32,000 nt of DNA from Xylella taiwanensis (GTDB taxonomy: Bacteria > Pseudomonadota > Gammaproteobacteria > Xanthomonadales > Xanthomonadaceae): assembly GCF_013177435.1 (NCBI RefSeq), contig NZ_CP053627.1, positions 600,001 to 632,000 on the forward strand. The letters are read 5' to 3'. Positions 7,638-15,495 of the stretch are shown piece by piece. The position numbers and the translations under genes were made by a program. The notes beneath the pieces were generated by a model. That model saw only the letters and a program-made list of their open reading frames with translations. It was not told where the DNA came from and did not search any database. Positions within the stretch are counted from its first letter, which is position 1. Each line of letters begins with the position of its first letter.

Positions 7638-7822
7638 ATGGAACTTTCTAATGAAATTACGCCATCTTTGCTGCTGTCGCCGCAGAACTCCGCTTCGCTC
7701 GCGCTGCGGAGCGGCTGCACACCGAGCAATCGCCGCTGTCGCGAACCATCAAAGAGTTGGAAGAAGACCACGGCGAGCAGTCGTGCATCCGTACCAGTCG
7801 TAGCACGTGCCTGTGCCGGTAA
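7638..7822 (+). pseudogene. N-terminal HTH fragment of a LysR-family regulator
   Basis: ATG 7638 gives MELSNEI. After a frameshift near 7655-7660 the frame reads NYAIFAAVAAELRFARAAERLHTEQSPLSRTIKELEEDHGEQ..RTSRST.. and stops at 7820-7822. The AAERLH..QSPLSR.IKELEE string is the canonical LysR wHTH. No substrate-binding domain follows. Confidence 0.7.
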
Positions 7823-7978
7823 TCTGCACCAAGAACCGCTTTGCAGCGGCTTCGTTTTACCTAAACGGCACCAGCTTCTTGGCGAACATGTTGCCCCTTC
7901 CCTGAGACGGCCGGTCTAAGACCTATAGTTTCTGTAGGCAAGTGCCTCATCAATCACGTGAGTACACACCTGTTCAAA

Positions 7979-7999
7979 CCCCGCCCCGGCGGGGTTTTT
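7979..7999 (+). terminator. Rho-independent-terminator-like hairpin
   Basis: CCCCGCC (7979-7985) cc GGCGGGG (7988-7994), followed by TTTTT (7995-7999). It lies between the LysR fragment and the tail-fibre fragment. Confidence 0.4.
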
Positions 8000-8015
8000 C
8001 ATGTCTGGGATCTTC

Positions 8016-8500
8016 ATGACTTTCCGCTTTTACGATTCCAATCCGGTACTCAGGATGTACAGGCCCTGCGGCCACTGGGCGGTGGGCACCTACAGTTCTA
8101 CGAACGTGGCACCACCACACCCAAACTCACCTGGTCCGATCGCGAAAAGTCCGTGCCCAATCCTAATCTGGTGCCGCTGGACAGCGCCGGACGGATCACC
8201 CCACCGTGGCGAAACTATCTGGCCCGGTTGAGTCTGACCCAGGACAGCGACACCTTACGGGCGTTGTACGAAACCCTGGATAAGACGGTGGCCCAGATCC
8301 AAAACGGGCAGAGCTTGCGGCTATCGATCCTGAGCCGACAGTCCATTGATGTTGATGGGGTGGTGTCTAACGGCGTTGCGGTGCTTGCGCTGGTGGGCGA
8401 TGAGGCGACCCCCACCGCAGAGGCTTATTACGGTACAGACGCTACCGGGGCGCAGGGTCGAGGACTTTCACAGCGCCACTCGTGCCATGGGTGCTTCTAA
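8016..8500 (+). pseudogene. Phage tail-fibre gene remnant (N-terminal and C-terminal pieces; frameshifted and internally shortened)
   Basis: ATG 8016 gives MTFRFYDS. In another frame: GGHLQFYERGTTTPKLTWSDREKSVPNPNLVPLDSAGRI, the FY..GTTTP...NP.PLD..GR motif common at tail-fibre N-termini. Later comes VALVGDEATPTAEAYYGTDATGAQG (YYGTD..G motif). At ~160 codons total it is far too short for a fibre. Confidence 0.55.
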
Positions 8501-8539
8501 GACTTCCAGCGCTTTGACCGCGGCAATGAACTCACGCTA

Positions 8540-8851
8540 TCACTGCGCGAATTCATCTTTCGGGTTCAGCGGCTGCGGTTCTGTATAACCGGCATCGCGT
8601 GCTTCGTAGTGCGCCAGGATGTGAATCCCGGCCTTGCGGGACTCGCGCCGGATCAGCCGTAGTTCCTCCAAATCCAGCTTTTCGCGCTTATTGGTGTTGA
8701 GGCAGGCGGCTAACTTACGCCCTGCATCGTCAGTCGCCATCGTAGGCCAAAGCATGTTACCCACCTTCTTGAACCCACCTATAGCGGTCACGGAATCGCG
8801 GATCTTATCCTCGTAAGACTCATAAAACAAAGGCATTTGCAGGTTTTTCAC
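8540..8851 (-). CDS. Hypothetical phage early-region protein (possible DNA-binding/regulatory function)
   Basis: 103-codon ORF with GTG 8851 (AAGGAAA upstream) or ATG 8836. The sequence ...VTAIGGFKKVGNMLWP...LAACLNTNKREKLDLEELRLIRRESRKAGIHILAHYEARDAGYTEPQPLNP resembles small prophage proteins I recall from beta/gamma-proteobacteria. The function is not established. Confidence 0.55.
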   Translation of the reverse strand: MKNLQMPLFYESYEDKIRDSVTAIGGFKKVGNMLWPTMATDDAGRKLAACLNTNKREKLDLEELRLIRRESRKAGIHILAHYEARDAGYTEPQPLNPKDEFAQ

Positions 8852-8863
8852 TCTTGTTTCCTT

Positions 8864-9085
8864 TCAGTGGGAAAGCGTGGGATACGCTCCTAGGACTATA
8901 AAAATGGTTCGACCTCCAGAGGATACCAAGTCGTGGAATTCATGAGAAATGTGCACAGGAACGTTATCGTCACGGGACGTAATAACGCCGCTCGCAAGAA
9001 CCTTGGAGCCGATCTGCCGGTAAGCTTGGTGGTGCAAGCCAACTAAATCACTACCGGAGATCAGCATGGATTTAACTTCTATCAC
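8864..9085 (-). CDS. Hypothetical small protein
   Basis: 73-codon ORF with GTG 9085 or ATG 9067. It ends 12 nt upstream of the next minus-strand gene. No family recognised. There is a faint resemblance to a degenerate S24/LexA-like beta domain, which I do not trust. Confidence 0.3.
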   Translation of the reverse strand: MIEVKSMLISGSDLVGLHHQAYRQIGSKVLASGVITSRDDNVPVHISHEFHDLVSSGGRTIFIVLGAYPTLSH

Positions 9086-9113
9086 CGCAACTTTTTAGTC
9101 CTTAAATTCGCTT

Positions 9114-9605
9114 TTGGAACTCGCGGATTCCCTTATAGGCATCCGCGATTCCAAAAAGATCGCTGCTGCTGTTTCGCAGGTCCAAGAGAAACTTCTTAGC
9201 ACTCAAAAGGAGCTTTCTATGCATGACGCGGACCACATTAAATACATAAATGAATTGGAAGAAACCAAAAAAGCACTTAAAGAAAAGGAAAAATATGTGC
9301 TTTCAGAAATTCACAAAAATCAAGTCGCTTATCGCGTGAAAAAAGAAACGGGGGAGCCTGACCACTATGTATGCCAAGGGTGCTTCGATAAAGGGATCAA
9401 ATTCGTATTGCAGGGTAAAAATTGCAAGCAAAGCCACCTTTTCTCGCTGAGTTTCCCCAACTGCAAGCACTCCATTCCGATTCAAAAAATGATTCTTCCT
9501 TGGTGTATCAAGCTCCTCATGAGACGAATTTCAAAACAGATTGGTAATGCATCATCAAGAATTCTGATTGATGATGAATTATCAAAACTTCTATTTGTGT
9601 TCTAA
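9114..9605 (+). CDS. Hypothetical coiled-coil protein with a putative zinc-ribbon (CxxC ... CxH)
   Basis: The ORF starts at TTG 9114. A much better-supported internal start is ATG 9219, with AAGGAG 6 nt upstream. It has a Lys/Glu-rich coiled-coil stretch, then HYVCQGCFDKG...FPNCKHS. The sequence is AT-rich. The last ~30 codons overlap a minus-strand reading frame in antisense and may not be genuine. Confidence 0.45.
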   Translation: MELADSLIGIRDSKKIAAAVSQVQEKLLSTQKELSMHDADHIKYINELEETKKALKEKEKYVLSEIHKNQVAYRVKKETGEPDHYVCQGCFDKGIKFVLQGKNCKQSHLFSLSFPNCKHSIPIQKMILPWCIKLLMRRISKQIGNASSRILIDDELSKLLFVF

Positions 9606-9756
9606 GGATCTCAATTTCTTCTCTGATTTTTTTCTTCGCCTCTAAAATCTCCTGGTAAAGAGATGCAATCTTGGAATACATCCAAATATATTTTTGAAAA
9701 GATGAAGCTGTATCCTGAAAATAACTAATTCCTTTTAAAAGTTTCCCTCTCGCATT

Positions 9757-9930
9757 TTATTCTTCCTTCGAGGAAAAAATTTGTCCCCTCATCGAAGAAA
9801 CTTCATTCCGCAGGGATTCGAGTTGTGCCGGCGTCATGTCATCTTTAATAGAGTCAATGACGGAATCGGCCAGGGAGGCCAGACCAAGTAATTTCTCTTC
9901 AAGCTCTTTTTCTTTTCTGTTGTCATTCAT
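9757..9930 (-). CDS. Small acidic coiled-coil ORF (57 aa); possibly the 5' part of a gene interrupted by TAA
   Basis: MNDNRKEKELEEKLLGLASLADSVIDSIKDDMTPAQLESLRNEVSSMRGQIFSSKEE*. The same frame stays open after the TAA for another 79 codons down to the TGA at 9517-9519, including MYSKIASLYQEILEAKKKIREEIEILRTQIEVL.... Confidence 0.3.
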   Translation of the reverse strand: MNDNRKEKELEEKLLGLASLADSVIDSIKDDMTPAQLESLRNEVSSMRGQIFSSKEE

Positions 9931-10189
9931 CACAGGACTATCCTGTTTGGATGATTGGAATATTTGTTGTGGCAGCAATCCTGAGTTGGGAGCGCGATGA
10001 TCCGTTATTTTTCGCCCACTTACATTGCATCGGGGTGCTTATGAGCCCGCGAGCCGAATTCAGTTCAATGAGCAGGTGTTTTCGTTCTTCCACTTGTGAT
10101 ATCGCAGTCGCTTAATGGCAAGCGGCAAGGTGCGTTTGAATGCAGCAAGGCGCTTTGCGGCATTTCTTAGGCGGGTCAAAAGGCCTATG

Positions 10190-10465
10190 TCAGGCGACCT
10201 CCTGCGAAGGCGGTGCTTCTGTGAGGCTGAAGATGTCTGGATTGGGTTCCGCCTGAGCTGCGACGACTGTGCCGCGCAGGCATTCCCAATCAACGTCGGG
10301 GCGTAGTGCTTCACAGCTCACAGTGCGCGCTGTCAGCCACTCAATCGCTGGACAACGTTCGGGTGGGATAAGCTGGTTCCCCGAAGCCAGTTGGCTACGG
10401 GCGTCGCAGTCACGGCCAGCATCCCCGCCAATTGCGATGCACGTCGCGGTTCTTGATTTGTCCAT
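10190..10465 (-). CDS. Cro/YdaS-like small transcriptional regulator
   Basis: 91-aa ORF. AIGGDAG...LIPPERCPAIEWLTARTVSCEALRPDVDWECLRG matches the recalled YdaS/Cro-family tail (iP.ERc..IE..T.G.V.ce.LRPDv.W). It is divergent from an HTH repressor-like gene. Confidence 0.6.
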   Translation of the reverse strand: MDKSRTATCIAIGGDAGRDCDARSQLASGNQLIPPERCPAIEWLTARTVSCEALRPDVDWECLRGTVVAAQAEPNPDIFSLTEAPPSQEVA

Positions 10466-10562
10466 TCATTAAAGATGCATCGCTAGATTTAGCTATAGGC
10501 TAAAAATACATGCAAGCCTGAAGCGAATTAATATTGTTAGCCTTAGGCAATCTAATTACCTT
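10466..10562. promoter_or_regulatory. Divergent intergenic region with an imperfect large inverted repeat (putative operators)
   Basis: TAGATT-N7-AGGCTAA (10484-10503) is mirrored by TTAGCCT-N5-AATCTA (10537-10554). The right copy contains the 9-bp palindrome GCCTTAGGC. An AT-rich core with TAATAT lies between the copies. Confidence 0.35.
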
Positions 10563-10886
10563 GTGAAACTGATAGATGACATCTGCCGGGAAAACTTGGT
10601 AGAGCTCGCCGAGCAACTCGGCTCAATCACCGCGCTTGCAAAGCGGCTTGACCGTTCCGATTCGCAGGTCAATCAGTGGGTACATGGGGCAACCTATTCC
10701 GCTACTGGAAAGCCGCACGGAATGGGTGCGGACACAGCTAGGTTTATCGAAATTCAGTGTGGGAAACCGCTTGGCTGGCTTGACATTGACCACAGCCACG
10801 AAAAGCCGAGTATGGCAATCGACACCAGCGCCGTGGCATGGGGTGTATATCAGCAGGCCACAGCAGCAACCCGTGCGGCAGCGTGA
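10563..10886 (+). CDS. Phage repressor-like HTH protein (cI/PrtR-type N-terminal domain; no S24 peptidase domain)
   Basis: GTG start. NLVELAEQLGSITALAKRLDRSDSQVNQWVHG is an XRE-type HTH. It is followed by GKPHGMGADTARFIEIQCGKPLGWLDIDH, the R.i....Ar.lE...g.p.GWLD motif of this repressor class. Confidence 0.7.
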   Translation: MKLIDDICRENLVELAEQLGSITALAKRLDRSDSQVNQWVHGATYSATGKPHGMGADTARFIEIQCGKPLGWLDIDHSHEKPSMAIDTSAVAWGVYQQATAATRAAA

Positions 10887-11104
10887 GGCAATACTTTCCG
10901 CTGCACCTCCAGCACTATCGGGAGGGAGGGGGGCACTTAATTGAACAGGACGCACATGTGGCGCTAGGAATGCGAAAAAAACCTAAACAACCTCGCTTAA
11001 AGCTGGTTTGCTGGAATGGTGAATGGGTGGAGTGCAGGAGAGTTCCACATGGAGATAATGGAGACATGTTTTGGCGAGAGACGTTCACTTTGTTAAAACT
11101 GTAG

Positions 11105-11416
11105 ATGCCTTTATGCAAGCACTTAAAACGCTGCATGGCACGTCTAACCCAATGTGGCAGAACGCCGGTGATACTTTATGCAGTTCAGCTAAAATTGCCT
11201 ATCGAAGTTGGTGGGGAACTTCCAGGTTCACACATAAGCATAGATGTATATCCTGATCATCGCCCACATGAATTCATGATCGGCATTTTGTTTGATGAAG
11301 GGTGCGTATGTCGTCTGGACAATGATCCCTGGGCAACACATAGCAATAAATGGGATCCAGATTTACCACCATTTGTTAAATGGCCCCCGCGGGCATTCAT
11401 GGAAACTGAACCGTAA
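11105..11416 (+). CDS. Hypothetical protein, possibly 5'-frameshifted
   Basis: 103-codon ORF. ISIDVYPDHRPHEFMIGILFDEGCVCRLDNDPWATHSNKWDPDLPP faintly resembles a family I recall with the motif RLD....pH.N....pH.H (DUF6978-like). The expected second His motif is not intact (WPPRAFME). The overlapping ORF 11071-11256 in another frame suggests an upstream frameshift. Confidence 0.35.
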   Translation: MPLCKHLKRCMARLTQCGRTPVILYAVQLKLPIEVGGELPGSHISIDVYPDHRPHEFMIGILFDEGCVCRLDNDPWATHSNKWDPDLPPFVKWPPRAFMETEP

Positions 11417-11578
11417 AGAATGTAGCAAACTAGATTCTCGCTTTGCGTGATTACCATATGCTGTAAAGTTCACCCAAACACGCAGCTTCGATGCTTGCTT
11501 GCGGTGGTCTTGCCAAGTACGCAACATGACGATTGGTGCTCATGAGATTAAATTCTCATATAGCGGCATCTTACTCAT

Positions 11579-11959
11579 ATGATCACGACTCAATCGCTAT
11601 TGGGATCCATGTCGGCCGCGTATCAGGCCCAGCAGTATAGCGATGGTGTGTTAATCACGACACACGGTATCTATCCTACTGGGGAGTGTGTACCTGTCCG
11701 TATCTATGACGGCGAAGAATCATTCATTGTGCCCGATGCATGCAACGTAATCCTATCAATTGAGTTATCAGGAGGAAGGATTGAAAACCCTGATAAAACA
11801 ATCAAGATGGTGGCTCAGAAGCTTGGCATCAAATGCTCAAAGGGCATCCTCAGTACCAAGCCAGTCGCATGGCGTGATTTACCTTTTGCCATTGCATCTC
11901 TAGTCAATGTTTCCCAGAAGATAGCCGAGCACGCTCTTCGAGCGTATACGGATCAATGA
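11579..11959 (+). CDS. Hypothetical protein (126 aa)
   Basis: Clean ORF with composition similar to its neighbours. There is a weak resemblance to DUF1828-type N-terminal domains (..DG..I.V.I...E..F.V.D...). No obvious Shine-Dalgarno sequence. Confidence 0.45.
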   Translation: MITTQSLLGSMSAAYQAQQYSDGVLITTHGIYPTGECVPVRIYDGEESFIVPDACNVILSIELSGGRIENPDKTIKMVAQKLGIKCSKGILSTKPVAWRDLPFAIASLVNVSQKIAEHALRAYTDQ

Positions 11960-12019
11960 GACTAGAGATTTAAAAATTCTGCTATGTAAGCTTCTTGAAG
12001 CTTCATTTCCTGCAAACGC

Positions 12020-12340
12020 ATGGTATTAGGCATCAAGCATGTGCGAATGGAGTGGTGACAAGACATCACCGAGGAAGATGCCATTGCAGAGGGCATATGG
12101 ATAACAGCTGATCCAGGAAATAAATACAGCGTCGGAAAAAACATGATTCCAAGAAAGACAGCAAAAGCAGCCTTTCATGATCTATGGCGGCGTTCTTCCT
12201 CCATTGATTGGGAAGTCAAGCCTTGGGTATGGGTGGTGCAATTTAAATTAATTGAGTTTCTTCGACGCATTTATCCGGAGTCATACAAAAGAAACGATAT
12301 TGCTGCCGAATCAGACGCGGATCAGGAGATAGCAGTATGA
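12020..12340 (+). pseudogene. 3' remnant of a phage ASCH-like protein
   Basis: The frame reads MVLGIKHVRMEW*QDITEEDAIAEGIW...KAAFHDLWRRSSSIDWEVKPWVWVVQFKLI. The DITEEDA.AEG ... F..LW ... W..NPWVWV.F pattern is typical of these phage proteins. There is an in-frame TGA at 12056-12058 and the N-terminal half is missing. Confidence 0.5.
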
Positions 12341-12839
12341 ACGACATCTTCGATTATAAATTCTCTAATCAATTAACTGCACCAACGTATTGTTAGATTA
12401 ATCCGGATGGTAGCCAAGGCGGCATCGTTGCTGTCGATACCGCCATAGATCCTTCTGTCTTGATCGGAGAGGCACCGTGGTGTTTCTTAATGTATTCATT
12501 GGTAAAAAAACCGGCATCGGCAAGGAGAAACGTATGGGCGCTAGGGTGTGCAGCGGCGAGTCAGTCAGGATTGGTCATTCCACTGACATCGGTCATCGCG
12601 TTCACATGGGTGATCACTCCAGCATTCACGATGTCACCTTTGTGTGATGTCAGTTGAAGATCGGCAGTCGTGCCTATATTGGAAAATGCGCGCTCATATA
12701 CTTCGAAGTAAATATCCAAGACGGGATGATCATTCCACCTAGGAGTTTCTTAAAAATAAATAGAAAAATACGTGCATTTCGAGGCAACAGAAAGCAGGTT
12801 ACACCGTTGCAGGTGCTACTCAAGCACTTCGCAGAATAG
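12337..12839 (+). pseudogene. Hexapeptide-repeat (left-handed beta-helix) protein, degraded
   Basis: ATG 12337 overlaps the previous stop (ATGA). Lesions: TAG at 12394-12396, a frameshift near 12470, and TGA at 12645-12647. There is a clear 6-residue periodicity: IGKKTG IGKEKR MGARVC SGESVR IGHSTD IGHRVH MGDHSS IHDVTF. Confidence 0.6.
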
Positions 12840-12849
12840 GAGGCCGACC

Positions 12850-13068
12850 ATGAGCGAACGTATCATGCGCCTGCCCGAAGTGATCCTACGCAACGGCTTG
12901 AGCCGGAGCAGCATCTATTCGCGCGAGGATTTCCTGAAGCCGGTGAAGCTCGGGCCAAATATGTCTGAATGGGTCGAGCGCGAGATTGATGCTTGGGGCG
13001 ATGCCAAGATCAAGCAACGTGACGATGACGCGGCCAACGAGGTCATGGTGTCTTCGCTAAACGTGTGA
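12850..13068 (+). CDS. alpA: AlpA-family (MerR-like HTH_17) prophage regulatory protein/excisionase-like
   Basis: GGAGG lies 6 nt upstream of ATG 12850. MSERIMRLPEVILRNGLSRSSIYSREDFLKPVKLGPNMSEWVEREIDAW fits the AlpA signature (lRl.eV...tGlSrStiY......FP.PvKlG.r...W...Ei..W). Confidence 0.8.
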   Translation: MSERIMRLPEVILRNGLSRSSIYSREDFLKPVKLGPNMSEWVEREIDAWGDAKIKQRDDDAANEVMVSSLNV

Positions 13069-13091
13069 TCTGCGGCGCACTAACCGCGATC
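13067..13091 (+). terminator. Hairpin overlapping the alpA stop (weak terminator candidate)
   Basis: GATCTGCGG (13067-13075), an 8-nt loop, then CCGCGATC (13084-13091), giving one bulge. Only TT follows. Confidence 0.25.
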
Positions 13092-13975
13092 TTGTCGATA
13101 CAGTCGGCCCATGCTTGCATCATCGTCACACGCTCCGCCAGGAGTACGGATCAATGGCTATTGCTTCACTACATCGTAGCGATACTCATCATTGAGCGAT
13201 TGTGTGAGCATGCGCCGTGGTTTGGGTTGCTGTAGCACGTGGTGAATTTCGATGGTATTACCCATGCGTATGTTCTTCACTTGCCTAGTACTTGTGAATA
13301 CTTGGTATTGCAACGTAGTAGATAGAACGATCTTGGTTTGGCAATAGGGTAGACAGGGCTTGCTCTTCACCTCGGAAGCAGGCGCTATTGAAATAGCGAT
13401 GTAGGGAAGAAGGATGGTTAAGGAGCAGGAACGAACGTATCGCGAGGGACATGCCCAAGCATGATGTCACATGAGTGTGGTAAGGGTATGCAAATGACAT
13501 TGAGGTACTACGCTCATCATATTCTCGATTGTGTCATTTGTGCTGGTCTTGGCGAATACCGATGACGGCGCTTGGTTAGTTTGATGGTGTGAAGGGGCTG
13601 TATTTGTTGCAATTGTGAGCGAATTGCTTGCTGGAGTGCATGCGCTCCTGGCATCTTGCATGGATAGGATACTGATTGAGAGTCGGTTCAGGCTTGGATG
13701 CCGAATGTCTGAAATCGGTGAATCCTATTACTGATGTCCTGTGCGGATATGTTGCTAAGCATGTTGCTGCGAGTCGCTTGTCGGTATACGGATTTTTCCA
13801 AGCGGTTGCCCAAGTAAATTTCAGATTGTTGATTTATTTGCAGCAAATAGACTTTCTGAATCACGCTCAGTGTCATGAAGTAGGGAGAAGTGTTTGTTCT
13901 TGGTTCATGGATATCATGCGTATTTTTATGATTTGAGATATGTCTCGGTTCATCATTTCTTAATTTCACTGTTGA

Positions 13976-14460
13976 TTAGAGTCTGTTAATACGATTGCCA
14001 CTCATCCATCATCAGAGTCAAGCAAATAAAAGCGATAAACATGATTTCGAGTTTCTCGTCTCTGTAGCAAATCCTGGGATAACTTTGAGTCTACGGAACA
14101 TGTGTTCGATCTTATTGTGGCACTTGTACATCTTGCGATCGTATTTCGGATTTCTAAGGCTCGATGTGCGTGTGCAGCGACGGTACAGCAGGGATGAAGA
14201 TGCTAAGTCAAAAGCGCCTGGGCGGGCCACACCATTTGCAGAACCGTGCTCAGTGGAATACAGGATGGTGTCGAGCGCCTGTAGATTCGTCGGAATGGCG
14301 TTATTGCGTTGTCTCGGCAGAGTGCTTAAAAAAAGGAGAGTGTGATCTGTTTGAATTGGGCGGAGCTGCGATCTTGAGATGCTCACCGCCGCAGGGACAT
14401 CGCTTCGGCATCAGGTGTGTTAACAGACGCTGGTCACGCCACGTCTCCGTCAGACTCTAA
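13976..14460 (-). mobile_element. Degenerate, internally deleted IS5-family insertion-sequence remnant
   Basis: The minus strand encodes, across several frames, ..SLTETWRDQRLLTHLMP.. (like the LTD.eW..i.plLP start), ..ALDTILYSTEHGS.. and KYDRKMYKCHNKIEHMFRRLKVIPGFAT then, after a frameshift, RDEKLEIMFIAFICLTLMMDEWQSY*. This is the Y..RN.IE..F..LK.fR.iATRYdK tail of IS5-family transposases. Terminal inverted repeats: TTAGAGTCTGTTAATAC (13976-13992) against GTGTTAACAGAC (14417-14428) plus CAGACTCTAA (14451-14460). Confidence 0.6.
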
Positions 14461-15495
14461 GATGCTGCATAGCTGACACAGTTTCAAGGATGAGCGTTGG
14501 TTTGGCGTGTTGGTCACCGACATTAGACATCAGATGTTTCGATTTAATGGCTCAAATGGTTTTTATGATTGCTTAAACAGATGTGTAAGTACACTAAGCC
14601 ACGAATAGAGGATTGAGACGCAGTAGGGTGTATCGCGCTGCATGCGTTGTGAGTTTTAAACGATGCCATGTAAATAAATTTTTTAGAGATGCAACGCTGT
14701 ATAAGGGTATTCACGAATAGAGTGAATTAATTAAAATGATTCGAAAAATAAGCCTGACACAACGGGAGCTCAAAAAATTCGAGGTGGTACCGTTGGTGGA
14801 AGATAATAGAGAATGATGTTAGCAATGCGTTTTCGATTGTAAATGCGTAGGTGACTATGAAAATTGATATGAAAAATAGGAAGAGGGATGATGCATGCAA
14901 GACGTTTTTTGAATCAAATTTCAGATGTGGGTAGATTCCTCTCAACGATGACAGAGAACATTGATTGCAAGGCTGCTATGCAGGTAAATCGACATAATAC
15001 GTGTGCTGTGTGCTAGGGATGCTGCACGACAGTGGCTGTGCTAACCAAATTTTGTCTATGTCAGAATCGCTTGTTGAGTTGCTTTCCTTTCCTGTTAGGA
15101 ATTGTTGTTTACTGTATTAGGCATGAGGAAGGGAAGATTTGAAGCTCGCATAACAATGTATTGCTGTACCTTCTTGATTCAGATGCCGATGTATTTTGGT
15201 TTCTGTGGTATGCCTCTCCAGCCTCTGCAAGAAAAATAGAGTTTTAAGATCGGTATCCTGCTGTAGCCGATCCAGTGCGTGCTCCATTGCTCGTCACAGA
15301 TGAAGTGGCTTTGTGGCCTGCAGAGAGCAGCATGACAGTGGGACCGTGGTACCCCGGTTTTAGTATTTCGAGTGAGCGTCGTTGAAGCGCATGGGTATTC
15401 CGTGGCCATCATCGCAGCACAATGCATCTGCTCTCGGCTCGACAGCATCGCTGCTCTTGGTTAAGGTTGGGATATCTCACGCACAACTTACTTCT

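Noticed and set aside
7958-8015. 5' extension of the 180-aa ORF 7958-8500
   Set aside because: It reads through a GC-rich hairpin plus T5 terminator-like element. Tail-fibre-like sequence only begins after ATG 8016.
14018-14386. 122-aa minus-strand ORF as an intact hypothetical gene
   Set aside because: It is one frame of the degraded IS5-family transposase. Family-like segments are spread over three frames.
14601-14722. 11-bp direct repeat CACGAATAGAG occurring twice about 110 bp apart
   Set aside because: Exact 11-mers recurring by chance are expected many times in a 32-kb window, and no further structure surrounds them.
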